A DNA stretch of 64,000 nt, from contig JAGTQD010000001.1 of the NCBI GenBank assembly GCA_018396405.1, positions 5,549 through 69,548 on the forward strand. Direction: 5' to 3'. Origin of the DNA: Candidatus Bathyarchaeota archaeon (lineage in GTDB: Archaea > Thermoproteota > Bathyarchaeia > Bathyarchaeales > DTEX01). Both the position numbers and the translations under genes were made by a program. The notes below the pieces were generated by a model, which was not told the DNA's origin, made no database searches, and saw only the letters and a list, made by a program, of their open reading frames with translations. Below, in pieces: positions 26,512 to 35,945 of the stretch; positions within the stretch are counted from its first letter, which is position 1; each line of letters opens with the position of its first letter.

Positions 26512-27819
26512 CTATGATTCCCTTATGTGCCCCCTACCGAGGACGAAGTATTTAATACTAGTGAGGTGTTCCACGCTCATCGGCCCGCGGGCATGCAGCT
26601 TCTGCGTGCTTATACCTATCTCTGCGCCAAGCCCATACTGGTTTCCATCCGTGAAGCGCGTTGAGGCATTCCAGTATACAGCTGCGGAGTCAACGTCCCG
26701 GATGAAGCGAAGAGCCTTATTGAAATCCGATGTGATTATGGCGTCCGAATGCTTTGTCCCATACTTGTTTATGTGTGCTATCGCCTCATCTAAACCGCCT
26801 ACAACCTTAACTCCGATAATCAAGTCTAAATATTCAGTATACCAGTCATCCTCTGTCACTGGCTTAACGTCTGGCACAATCTTCCTAGTCTCCTCGCAGC
26901 CCCTAACCTCAACGCCATGGGCGCGTAGAGCACTAATTACCTTAGGTAGAAAAGTTGGGGCTATATCCTTGTGGACAAGGAGCTTCTCAGCGGCGTTACA
27001 CGTTCCAGGTCTCTGGCATTTAGCATTAATTATTATTTTTATCGCCATATCTAGGTCGGCATCAGACTCAACATAGATGTGGCAATTGCCAATTCCAGTC
27101 TCGATGACCGGAACCTTCGCATTCTCCACTACCGCCCTAATGAGGTCTGCTCCACCTCTTGGTATAAGGCAGTCAATATAATCCCTCATCTTCATGAGCT
27201 CGATGGCTGCCCTCCTATCTGTTGTGGGAACGACTTGTATTGCACCCTCAGGTATCCCGGACTTCACAGCAGCCTCATTCAAAATTCTTCCTATCGTAAT
27301 GTTGGAGTTTATTGCCTCTGATCCACCCCTCAATATAACAGCGTTACCGGACTTTAAGCATATTCCAGCCGCATCTGAGGTGACGTCTGGGCGGGACTCG
27401 TATATTACTGCGACCACGCCAAGCGGCACCCTTATCTGCCCAATTATAAGGCCGTTGGGTCTGATCCAAGTCTTAACTATCTGTCCGACTGGGTCAGGTA
27501 GGGCGGCAACCTCCCTCAAACATTGAGCCATCTTTGATATCCTTGACTTAGTTAGGATCAGCCTATCGAGAAGGGTTTCTTTAACGCCACTAGCCCTAGA
27601 GGCCTCAACATCCTTTCTATTAGCTTCTAGAATCTCATCAGAATGAGCCTCTAAGGCATCAGCCATGTTATATAACGCCCTATTTTTAGTCTCAGTAGGC
27701 AGTCTCGCCAGAATATATGAAGCCTCTTTAGCCTTCCTGCATATACCCAAAACAAGACTACTTATATCTTCACTCATTTTTCTCAACCTCACTAAATACA
27801 TACATAAGTTTTCTGACAA
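26512..27819 (-). CDS. proA: glutamate-5-semialdehyde dehydrogenase
   Basis: Contains VIYESRPDVT and TCNAAEKLLVH. The likely start is the ATG at 27777 (MSEDISS). Confidence 0.9.
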   Translation of the reverse strand: MSENLCMYLVRLRKMSEDISSLVLGICRKAKEASYILARLPTETKNRALYNMADALEAHSDEILEANRKDVEASRASGVKETLLDRLILTKSRISKMAQCLREVAALPDPVGQIVKTWIRPNGLIIGQIRVPLGVVAVIYESRPDVTSDAAGICLKSGNAVILRGGSEAINSNITIGRILNEAAVKSGIPEGAIQVVPTTDRRAAIELMKMRDYIDCLIPRGGADLIRAVVENAKVPVIETGIGNCHIYVESDADLDMAIKIIINAKCQRPGTCNAAEKLLVHKDIAPTFLPKVISALRAHGVEVRGCEETRKIVPDVKPVTEDDWYTEYLDLIIGVKVVGGLDEAIAHINKYGTKHSDAIITSDFNKALRFIRDVDSAAVYWNASTRFTDGNQYGLGAEIGISTQKLHARGPMSVEHLTSIKYFVLGRGHIRES

Positions 27820-28918
27820 TTACTTCTTTTCTTCTAATGTAGCCTAAAACCTTTTTTATTTGCGGGGTTCTTAGACCCTTAATGAGGTTTAATTCTTCGC
27901 TTGAATAATTGACTATTCCACGTGCAAATTCTTCTCCATCTGGGCCGAGAACACTTACAACATCACCTATCTTAAATTGTCCTTCAACAGATTCTATGCC
28001 AACTGCCAGCAGACTTGCGCCCTTAAGGATTGCTTGCTTGGCTCCCTTATTAACTCTGATTGCCCCCTTTGCTCCAGCTCCGTAAGCTATCCACCTCTTT
28101 ATGCTCGGCATCCTTCCAGATGGCTTAAAGTATGTTCCCACTCTCTCCCCTCTCAGAATATCCACTATTACGTTTCTCCTCCTACTATTTGCGATTACTA
28201 GTGGAATCCCACTCTGCATTGCTATTTCGGCCGCCTCCAGCTTAGTCTTCATACCACCCCTACCAAACGCACTTTTACCATCAGCAGCCGCCTTAATCTC
28301 AGGAGTTATCTTCTCAACAACGGGAATTATCCTAGCATCCTTATTCTTCAATGGATTAGCGTCGTAGAGTCCATCAACATCAGATAATATTATGACTAGA
28401 TCGGCTTGAGCGGCATTCGCTATTAAGACAGAGAGAATATCATTATCGCTGAAATTGATTTTATAGCCTTTCATGACTGGCATTATCTCTTCAACGGACG
28501 TAACATCATTCTCATTTATTATTGGTATAACGCCTAGACTCAGCAGTCTATCAAGAACATTGCACACATGCACATATGAGACTCTATTCGCTAGATCATC
28601 ATGTGTTAGTAGGATCTGGGCAACCTTTAAATTGTGGCGTTTAAAGAGCTGACGATAATGTTCCATGAGAATTGCCTGACCGACTGCCGCACAAGCCTGC
28701 TTAAAAACTATATCGTTTGGCTTTGGTTTAACCGTAAGCTCGGCCAGCCCGGATGCAATCGCACCTGATGTCACGAGGATTATCCTGTAGCCCATCTTAA
28801 TGGCTTCCGCAATCTGGTCCGAAAGCTCACGCATTGCATCTAGATCAAGGCTGCCATCGTCCTTGGTTATGCTGCTTGTCCCAACTTTGACGACAACTAA
28901 GTTTCCCGTTTTACTCAA
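27770..28918 (-). CDS. proB: glutamate 5-kinase with a PUA domain
   Basis: VVVKVGTSSIT and FGRGGMKTKLEAA, plus a C-terminal PUA-like region (GDVVSVLGPDGEEFARGIVNYSS). Confidence 0.9.
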   Translation of the reverse strand: MSKTGNLVVVKVGTSSITKDDGSLDLDAMRELSDQIAEAIKMGYRIILVTSGAIASGLAELTVKPKPNDIVFKQACAAVGQAILMEHYRQLFKRHNLKVAQILLTHDDLANRVSYVHVCNVLDRLLSLGVIPIINENDVTSVEEIMPVMKGYKINFSDNDILSVLIANAAQADLVIILSDVDGLYDANPLKNKDARIIPVVEKITPEIKAAADGKSAFGRGGMKTKLEAAEIAMQSGIPLVIANSRRRNVIVDILRGERVGTYFKPSGRMPSIKRWIAYGAGAKGAIRVNKGAKQAILKGASLLAVGIESVEGQFKIGDVVSVLGPDGEEFARGIVNYSSEELNLIKGLRTPQIKKVLGYIRRKEVIVRKLMYVFSEVEKNE

Positions 28919-28977
28919 AGCCTACCACGAAAACTCCTATTAAAAATCGCCCTTTTATTCTTTTTTAAATCTATTGA

Positions 28978-29424
28978 TCATACATGTAATATTCTGATAT
29001 AGACTAGGCGTAATTTGCCGTTAACTATTCTGTAGGCTGCTATATTACGGTTAAGCGATGATATTATTAGCCATATTGTTCCAGGCCACAATTCCATGAA
29101 TTTCAAGTCTATTTTAGATGGCTCTGTGGTGCCTGGATGAGAGTGAAAGAAGCCTATATGTTGTAACCCCTCCCTCTCAGACTTAATAAACTCTGCTAAA
29201 AATTCCTCTGGATCCACCTCAAACAATTCTCTTGAGGCAAGCACATTTCTAAGAAAACTTATCTTTTTAACAAGCACCTCTTTTCCATTAATTATGCCGA
29301 AGAGACCTCCGCATATTTCTATCGGAAACTTTCTCCGCGCTTCCTCGATTAATAGGTTGACTTGATCTAAGCTCATCTTGACAATAAAATCTGTATCCCA
29401 ACTTTCATACATTTTCTCACACAA
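28978..29424 (-). CDS. JAMM/MPN+ family metalloprotease
   Basis: Contains EICGGLFG and HSHPGTTEPSKID, a JAMM-like H-x-H..S-x2-D motif. Confidence 0.75.
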   Translation of the reverse strand: MCEKMYESWDTDFIVKMSLDQVNLLIEEARRKFPIEICGGLFGIINGKEVLVKKISFLRNVLASRELFEVDPEEFLAEFIKSEREGLQHIGFFHSHPGTTEPSKIDLKFMELWPGTIWLIISSLNRNIAAYRIVNGKLRLVYIRILHV

Positions 29425-29499
29425 AAGTAAAACATTTAAAGGTTAGATTTAGAAGTAATTGAATATTAAGCATGCATAATAGGCGTAATCAAAAGGTTA

Positions 29500-31092
29500 T
29501 TGAGAAATCTTTGCGTGATCAAGTTGACTGACATATGCCTGATCTTTGAGGTTCACCAGCCCTTTAGATTAAGGCACGATTTTGAGCTTAGCACTATACT
29601 TAACTCGAACATCAGCATAAGAGATCTCTATAACATCTGTTTTAACCAGAAACTGAACAAAGAGATCTTTATGCGCGTCTCTCAAAGGTGCTATTTCCCG
29701 GCAACCGAAATTATTTTGGAGCAGATAGAAAGATTTCGGGGAGAGAAAAAACCATTTAAGGTATCATTTAGCTTTTCTGGAACATTCTTAGAACAATGCG
29801 AGAGGTGGAATCCAGACCTACTAGATCTATTTAGGCAAGTCGTTGAGACAGGACAGACTGAGCTGCTGAGCCAAACCTATTACCATTCGCTAGCCTCTCT
29901 GAATAAACGGGATGAGATGGAGTTTATTGAGCAGGTTGAGATGCATAGGCAGGCTATAATAGACTTGTTTAGCTATTCCCCGGAGACATTTGAGAATACC
30001 GAGTGTATATATAATAATGATATTGCTAGAACTGTTGAATCTCTTGGATTCAAGACTATAGTCACGGAGGGGGTTGATAGGATACTTGGCTGGAGGTCGC
30101 CAAATTATGTATATAGGGCTAAGGACTCCTCGATCAACCTTCTACTACGCAATTATAGGCTTTCGGACGACATAGGCTTTCGCTTCTCATCGAGATGGTG
30201 GGATCAATGGCCCCTAACAGCAGATAAGTATGCTGCCTGGCTGGCTAACACTCCTGGCCAAAATATAATAATATTTCTTGATTATGAGACATTTGGCGAA
30301 CATTTCTGGGCTGAGAGCGGAATATTTGAGTTTCTTAGGTGGCTCCCAATAGAGGTTGAGAAACGAGATAATCTATGCTGGTCTACCCCAAGAGAGGTTG
30401 TTCAGAAGTATGCTCCATGCGATGTGATAGATGTCCCGCCAGAGAATACCATCTCATGGGCTGATATCGAACGTGATCTAAGCGCGTGGCTGGGCAACCC
30501 GCAACAAATAATATCATTCGATCTGCTAAACGAGATTGGGTTTCTCATCAAAGAGGTGAATGAGCCCAATCTACTTAGGGTTTGGCGGTACTTACAGACA
30601 AGCGACCACTTTTACTATATGTGCATGAAGGGCGGCGGTTCCGGAATAGTTCACAGCGTATTTAATCCATATGTGAGGCCGATGGATGCATTTAGAACAT
30701 ATATAAAGATTCTATTATATCTTGGAGCTAGGTGCCTAGTAGAATCTGGTAAGCCAGAGTCGAGGTATAGACGCTTACTTAGGCGCGTTCCACCGTGCAA
30801 GGGCTTTAGGTTCTTTCACCAAGTAGGTCTTCCAACGAATATATTGGCCACAAGCCTGGAGGAATTTTATGAGGCTGTGAGAAAAGTAGACGTTGAATCA
30901 ATAATATTCCATTTAAGCAGAGGAGATTTTGAGAAATGGATCTCTGAGATCATTGGCGATGATTACCTAGCCGCCAAAATATCAGACCTACGTAAAGAGG
31001 TGAAGGGAAGTGGGGAGAACATTAGAAGAAACTTACTGTCAACACTTGAAGAGAGATTGAAGGAGATAAAGAAACTTAGCAAACTAGGCTAA
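29500..31092 (+). CDS. glycoside hydrolase family 57 protein (AmyC-like alpha-glucan enzyme)
   Basis: Contains FEVHQPFRL and DYETFGEHFW. About 530 aa. The start is uncertain, with TTG/GTG options. Confidence 0.75.
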   Translation: MRNLCVIKLTDICLIFEVHQPFRLRHDFELSTILNSNISIRDLYNICFNQKLNKEIFMRVSQRCYFPATEIILEQIERFRGEKKPFKVSFSFSGTFLEQCERWNPDLLDLFRQVVETGQTELLSQTYYHSLASLNKRDEMEFIEQVEMHRQAIIDLFSYSPETFENTECIYNNDIARTVESLGFKTIVTEGVDRILGWRSPNYVYRAKDSSINLLLRNYRLSDDIGFRFSSRWWDQWPLTADKYAAWLANTPGQNIIIFLDYETFGEHFWAESGIFEFLRWLPIEVEKRDNLCWSTPREVVQKYAPCDVIDVPPENTISWADIERDLSAWLGNPQQIISFDLLNEIGFLIKEVNEPNLLRVWRYLQTSDHFYYMCMKGGGSGIVHSVFNPYVRPMDAFRTYIKILLYLGARCLVESGKPESRYRRLLRRVPPCKGFRFFHQVGLPTNILATSLEEFYEAVRKVDVESIIFHLSRGDFEKWISEIIGDDYLAAKISDLRKEVKGSGENIRRNLLSTLEERLKEIKKLSKLG

Positions 31093-31109
31093 ATTCGGGG
31101 AAAGAATTT

Positions 31110-31457
31110 TTATCTTAGAGACTCCTTTTCCCTTAATCTTCTGATTTCAAGGTTTATTTCATCCCTTAGCGTTGACTCATTGAACCATCTTTTACATTCA
31201 ACGCAATAGTGTGCATCAGGAGCGTGGAGGGCTGGGTCATCAAAGAACTTGTGGCCAACCGGGCACCTCAAAAGGTATAGGCGTAAGCGCTCATTAATCT
31301 CAAAAAGCTCTTGGGAAGAGAGATTTAGGGCTTCTGTTATCTCAAAGATAGGATACTTTTCAAGATAAAGGGTCTTAACAATCTCTTCCTTAGATAAGCC
31401 GCTTGATCGCATGTTTCTTATGCGTTCGGCGATCGGCTTCTTTTCCAAAAACTTCAC
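31110..31457 (-). CDS. hypothetical protein with a C-terminal Cys/His ribbon
   Basis: CPVGHKF...HYCVECKRWF. There is a 4-nt overlap with the upstream RAM-domain gene. Confidence 0.4.
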   Translation of the reverse strand: MKFLEKKPIAERIRNMRSSGLSKEEIVKTLYLEKYPIFEITEALNLSSQELFEINERLRLYLLRCPVGHKFFDDPALHAPDAHYCVECKRWFNESTLRDEINLEIRRLREKESLR

Positions 31458-31690
31458 CTAGTATGGCTTACCAGAACTATCCTTGTATCCGTTCCCTGAA
31501 CCCCCTCAATCTCCCTAACCTTAAATACTATTTTGCTCAGCTCATCAACATTTTGTGCTGATACCTTTGCTATTATATCAATGTCTCCAGTAACCTCATA
31601 TACCTCTTTCACGCCCTCAATCTCAACTATCTTTGATGCAACCTTAGACACCATATCAACATTAACGCGGACAAACACAAACGCCAGCAT
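31454..31690 (-). CDS. stand-alone Lrp/AsnC-type ligand-binding (RAM) domain protein
   Basis: 78 aa. AFVFVRV...IEGVKEVYEVTGDIDIIAKV pattern. Confidence 0.7.
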   Translation of the reverse strand: MLAFVFVRVNVDMVSKVASKIVEIEGVKEVYEVTGDIDIIAKVSAQNVDELSKIVFKVREIEGVQGTDTRIVLVSHTR

Positions 31691-31722
31691 ACTTATCCCA
31701 TTAATGAGATAACTAGCGGTTC

Positions 31723-33060
31723 ATGTTAAATCTTTTTCTAAAGTGTGTTCAGAGGATGGAGAAAACCTTAAAATTATTTAATGATCTTGTTTTCTGTAGT
31801 TGGGAGAACTCTATGGAAATAGTGTTTTTCACTTATGAATATCCTCCATATCTTGTCGGAGGTCTCGGGACATACGCCGAATATATAACTAGGGAATTTG
31901 TTAAAATGGGGCATGATGTGACTGTTTTCGCCATGCATACGAAGGATGCCCCGACAAGAGACATATATGGGGGAGTGGAGGTCCATAGACCGATAGTTGA
32001 GAACATGAACATCAGCCTACTACTGCCAATGTTTATACCAGAGGAAATACAGCGATGGAGCGAGCATGGAAAGAAGTTTTTTGGAGATATCTTCCTCTAC
32101 AATATATTATCGGCAAGCAAGCTAGTGAACGATCTAGTGAGAATGGAGAAGAGAAAGGTAGACTTAATTGCGGCACACGACTGGCTTGGCTCAATAGGGG
32201 GGATATTGGCGAGCAGGGGTTTAAATAAGCCCCTCATATTCCATGTACACAGCACTGAGCAGGGGAGAACTGGCGATGGCTCAGATACAATAAAGCGTTT
32301 AGAGAGACTTGCAGCAGGCTACGCCGAGAGGATAATAACTGTAAGCTATGCTATGCGAGACCACCTCGTAAGCCTAGGATATGATGAAAGGAAAATACGC
32401 GTCGTATATAACGGCATAGACGCTGAAAAATACTCGCCGGAAAGCGTACCCCCAGAGGAAGTTAAGGCTGTAAGAGGAAGCCTAGGGATAGCTGATGACG
32501 AGTACATGATACTATTTATAGGGAGGTTAACGTGGGTTAAGGGTGCAGACACGCTCGTATTAGCGATGCCGGAGATTTTGAGCCGCGTTCCGAAGGCTAA
32601 GTTGGTTATAGTTGGTGTTGGAGAGCAGGAGGAGATGCTTAAGGAGGAAGTCGCTAGGCTAAACCTCTACGATAAAGTTATACTCAAATATGAGTTTTTG
32701 CCGGAAGATCTAAGGATAAAATATTATGCAGCGGCAGACGTTTGCGTCTTCCCATCAAAATATGAGCCGTTCGGAATAGTTTGTACAGAGGCGATGAGCA
32801 TGGGTAAACCAGTAGTCGTCGGCGCCCGCGGCGTAAGCGGCATGAGAGAACAAGTGGTTCCATCTGGACCATATCAAACAGGCTTTCATATAAACCCATA
32901 TGATCCAAGCGATATAGCGAAGTTCGTGATAATTCTCTTAGAAGACGAGGGTCTTAGGAAAAGATGTGGCGAGAATGCTAGGAGGAGGGTTCTAGAGATG
33001 TTTACGTGGAGGAGGGTTGCAGAAAATACTATTAGAGTGTATAAAGAGGTTATTCCATAA
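31723..33060 (+). CDS. glycosyltransferase family 4 (glycogen-synthase-like)
   Basis: YEYPPYLVGGLGTY, and EPFGIVCTEAMSMGKPVV (E-x7-E region). The likely start is the ATG at 31813. Confidence 0.75.
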   Translation: MLNLFLKCVQRMEKTLKLFNDLVFCSWENSMEIVFFTYEYPPYLVGGLGTYAEYITREFVKMGHDVTVFAMHTKDAPTRDIYGGVEVHRPIVENMNISLLLPMFIPEEIQRWSEHGKKFFGDIFLYNILSASKLVNDLVRMEKRKVDLIAAHDWLGSIGGILASRGLNKPLIFHVHSTEQGRTGDGSDTIKRLERLAAGYAERIITVSYAMRDHLVSLGYDERKIRVVYNGIDAEKYSPESVPPEEVKAVRGSLGIADDEYMILFIGRLTWVKGADTLVLAMPEILSRVPKAKLVIVGVGEQEEMLKEEVARLNLYDKVILKYEFLPEDLRIKYYAAADVCVFPSKYEPFGIVCTEAMSMGKPVVVGARGVSGMREQVVPSGPYQTGFHINPYDPSDIAKFVIILLEDEGLRKRCGENARRRVLEMFTWRRVAENTIRVYKEVIP

Positions 33061-33188
33061 AATTACTTAGCCGCATTCTGCTTAATTTTTGGGTTTCAAT
33101 TAACGCGTTGATGCAGAATTAATAGACTTTAAGGAAACTTAATATCACGGCATACCTTTATCTCTCATAAGGTAAGCGTGTCAACCAG

Positions 33189-34355
33189 ATGAATATTTGC
33201 ATGCTTACATGGGAGTACCCGCCAAGAATAGTTGGCGGGATATCGAGACATTGTGAAGGTTTAGCAAGAGAAATTGCTAAGAGTGGGCATAATGTTCACA
33301 TAGTTACCCTAGAGTTCCCCGGAGCATCCCCATATGAAGAAGTTGACGGCGTTAAGATCCATAGAGTTCCTATAGAGCTAGGTCATCCAGACTTCATCGT
33401 CTGGACACTATTATTTAATCATTTTATGGAGAAGAAAATTGCTGATATCAGCAAGAATGAGAAGATTGATATAATTCATGCGCATGATTGGCTCGTCGCC
33501 CCCGCAAGCATATCTTCAAAACATTATTTGAGAGTGCCACTTGTCTCAACAATACATAGCACTGAGGTGGGCAGGGCACAGGGACTATATAATCCAGATT
33601 CGTTTCTAATTGATGGTTTTGAGTGGTGGCTGACTTATGAGTCAAAGAGGGTTATCGTAACAAGCTATGCGATGAAAAGCGAGCTTGAGGGACACTTCCG
33701 CTTACCAAGCGAGAAGATAGATGTTATACCAAATGGCATCGATATATCAAGGTATGAGATTAATGTTGATCGGAACAACGTTAAGAGAAGGTTTGGAATA
33801 GATCCAAGCGAGAGAATAATCCTTTTCATTGGAAGGCTCGTGCCACAAAAGGGTGTAGAATACCTAATTATGGCAGCGCCGAAAATATTTGGGCAGCACC
33901 CAGAGGCTAGAATAGTTATAGTTGGAGACGGCTGGGTTAAAGATAATCTCTGGAACCTAGCGCGCTCTACAGGGTATCCCCACAAAATAACATTCTTAGG
34001 ATTTTTGAGTGACCAGGACGTAATTGAATTAACCATAAGCTCAGATGTCCTGGTAATCCCATCTATCTATGAGCCATTTGGGATAGTTGCTTTAGAGGGG
34101 ATGGCTGCAGGAGTCCCGGTGGTTGCAAGTAACGTTGGTGGATTAGCGGAGATCATTGAGCATGACAGGACAGGCTTCCTAGCCTACAGGGAGAACCCGG
34201 ACTCAATAGCCTGGGGTGTGAATAAAATCTTATCCGATTTTGGTTATGCACAATGGCTTGTGCAAAACGCTAAAAAGAAAGTTCGCGAAGTGTATAGCTG
34301 GAAGGCTGTAGCTAGTAGAACCATCGAAATTTACGAGAAAGCTCTAAAGGGATGA
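33189..34355 (+). CDS. glycosyltransferase family 4 (paralog)
   Basis: Contains WEYPPRIVGGISRH and EPFGIVALEGMAAGVPVV. Confidence 0.75.
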   Translation: MNICMLTWEYPPRIVGGISRHCEGLAREIAKSGHNVHIVTLEFPGASPYEEVDGVKIHRVPIELGHPDFIVWTLLFNHFMEKKIADISKNEKIDIIHAHDWLVAPASISSKHYLRVPLVSTIHSTEVGRAQGLYNPDSFLIDGFEWWLTYESKRVIVTSYAMKSELEGHFRLPSEKIDVIPNGIDISRYEINVDRNNVKRRFGIDPSERIILFIGRLVPQKGVEYLIMAAPKIFGQHPEARIVIVGDGWVKDNLWNLARSTGYPHKITFLGFLSDQDVIELTISSDVLVIPSIYEPFGIVALEGMAAGVPVVASNVGGLAEIIEHDRTGFLAYRENPDSIAWGVNKILSDFGYAQWLVQNAKKKVREVYSWKAVASRTIEIYEKALKG

Positions 34356-34618
34356 TCTTTATGCGAGATAGAGTAACGCAAATCACAGATGAAATTTACC
34401 TCTTATGTATTCTACATAATGTTGGCGCCATATATCCGGAAAGAGCTCTCTCTATAGAGGAGATATCCTGCCTAGCATCGATGGAGAAACAGAAGGTTGA
34501 GGAGAACCTTAATAGGCTTATAGAGAAGGGATATGCTGAAACCAAAACTAGTGGGGAAACCAAAAAATACTTTGTGACAATTAATGGTATGAGAAAAGTC
34601 CTCAGTATTTATAGCTAA
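34352..34618 (+). CDS. small winged-helix DNA-binding protein
   Basis: 88 aa with an ATGA overlap with the GT4 gene. Contains LSIEEISCLASMEKQKVEENLNRLIEKGY. Confidence 0.45.
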   Translation: MIFMRDRVTQITDEIYLLCILHNVGAIYPERALSIEEISCLASMEKQKVEENLNRLIEKGYAETKTSGETKKYFVTINGMRKVLSIYS

Positions 34619-34637
34619 TTTCTAATTTTTTATTTTA
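34619..34637 (+). terminator. T-tract terminator candidate
   Basis: TTTCTAATTTTTTATTTTA lies directly after the stop codon at 34616-34618. Confidence 0.5.
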
Positions 34638-34786
34638 TGGGCATATATACCTCTTTGGTGCCACGATGCCCAAGTATAAGGCTACAGATAAATGAGCTGA
34701 AAATGCCCGCCCAGTAGTTAATAACTCGCAAAGACTCGCAGAGCCATAGTATAATTTATGATCTTCTAACCAGTAAATTACAGATC

Positions 34787-35857
34787 CTAGTGGACAAGTC
34801 TTCTTTTCTCAGACTCAAGAGATTCTCTTAGGCATCTGGCAGCTTCTTCTGGAGGAACAATGTTAATATATGTTCCAGTACTCTTCTCGAAGCCAGCCCA
34901 GATGGATAGTGCTGGGTAGACTTCGACATGCCAGTGATAATGCTCTCCAGGCATCATGTGAAAGCCAAGGTTATATGGTGGATCATTAAGCAGGCCCCTC
35001 AGCCCACCTAAACAAAGCCTAAGGGTCACCGCGAAATCCTTAACATCATCATCCCTCATATCTATTATAGTCGACTGGTGCCTTTTAGGAAATATCCAGA
35101 ACTCAAAGGGGTTTATTGAAGCCCATGGAGCAAAGACCATGAAAGCATTATTTTCATATATGAGGCGCTCGGTCCCCCGCTCCTTCACCATTATGTCACA
35201 GAAGATACATCTGCCATTATCCTCATAGTATCTTTTACTCGCGGAATATTCTTCAAAAACTATTTTGGGGATAATCGGCATAGCTATTATCTGCATATGT
35301 GCATGGGAGAGGGAGGCCCCGGCGCTGGCGCCGTGATTTCTAAATATCGAGACATACTTCACAAAATCTTTCTCCATAAAAAATTTGGTTCTATCTTTAA
35401 GTGCATTTATGGCATGTATCAGCTGCCCCACTCTAGCAACGCTAGGATGCTCATCATGATTTGGCGACTCGACAAGAACCTCATGGTATCCAAGCGCATC
35501 CAAACGAACGTACTCGAATCCACCTTGAATATTTGACAAGCTTTCCAATTTTATTGGAGAAAATGCCGGGTAAAGGTTTGGGAAACACCTAACAATCCAA
35601 TTTTTATGCCGCTCTTCGCCTCTATCCTCATCTCTTCTTATACTACCATCACTGCTTAATAGATAGACAAGGGACGCTGGTGGAGTAGATTTTTCATTTC
35701 CGGGGCAGAATGGGCATTCAGCGGATCTTCTCTCCCTAGGGCGCTCCACAATGAAATCTGTCGGTCTCTTTCTTCTCTGCGATGCGATTACAACCCACCT
35801 ATCTATTATGTAATCCCTTCTTAACTCATTAATAGTCATTGTGATCACCATGATCAC
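34787..35857 (-). CDS. galT: galactose-1-phosphate uridylyltransferase-like HIT-family nucleotidyltransferase
   Basis: CPFCPGNE is a Zn motif and SLSHAHMQI is an H-x-H-x-Q active-site region. Confidence 0.75.
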   Translation of the reverse strand: MIMVITMTINELRRDYIIDRWVVIASQRRKRPTDFIVERPRERRSAECPFCPGNEKSTPPASLVYLLSSDGSIRRDEDRGEERHKNWIVRCFPNLYPAFSPIKLESLSNIQGGFEYVRLDALGYHEVLVESPNHDEHPSVARVGQLIHAINALKDRTKFFMEKDFVKYVSIFRNHGASAGASLSHAHMQIIAMPIIPKIVFEEYSASKRYYEDNGRCIFCDIMVKERGTERLIYENNAFMVFAPWASINPFEFWIFPKRHQSTIIDMRDDDVKDFAVTLRLCLGGLRGLLNDPPYNLGFHMMPGEHYHWHVEVYPALSIWAGFEKSTGTYINIVPPEEAARCLRESLESEKRRLVH

Positions 35858-35945
35858 TAATCTCGGATACCCTTATATACTGTAGTGCCCGGCGACTAAA
35901 AATGGAATTCCGCAAAATAAATTTCCTTCTTCTATTTCACTTCAA

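Noticed and set aside
27770-27819. Apparent 50-nt overlap between proB and proA.
   Set aside because: It is an artefact of the longest-ORF call. The ATG at 27777 (MSEDISS...) gives a conventional short overlap.
34638-34672. Inverted repeat TGGGCAT-N21-ATGCCCA after the GT4/wHTH operon, with a further ATGCCC copy near 34705.
   Set aside because: The stem is short, the loop is large, and it sits in a convergent terminator region. This is not enough to call an RNA gene.
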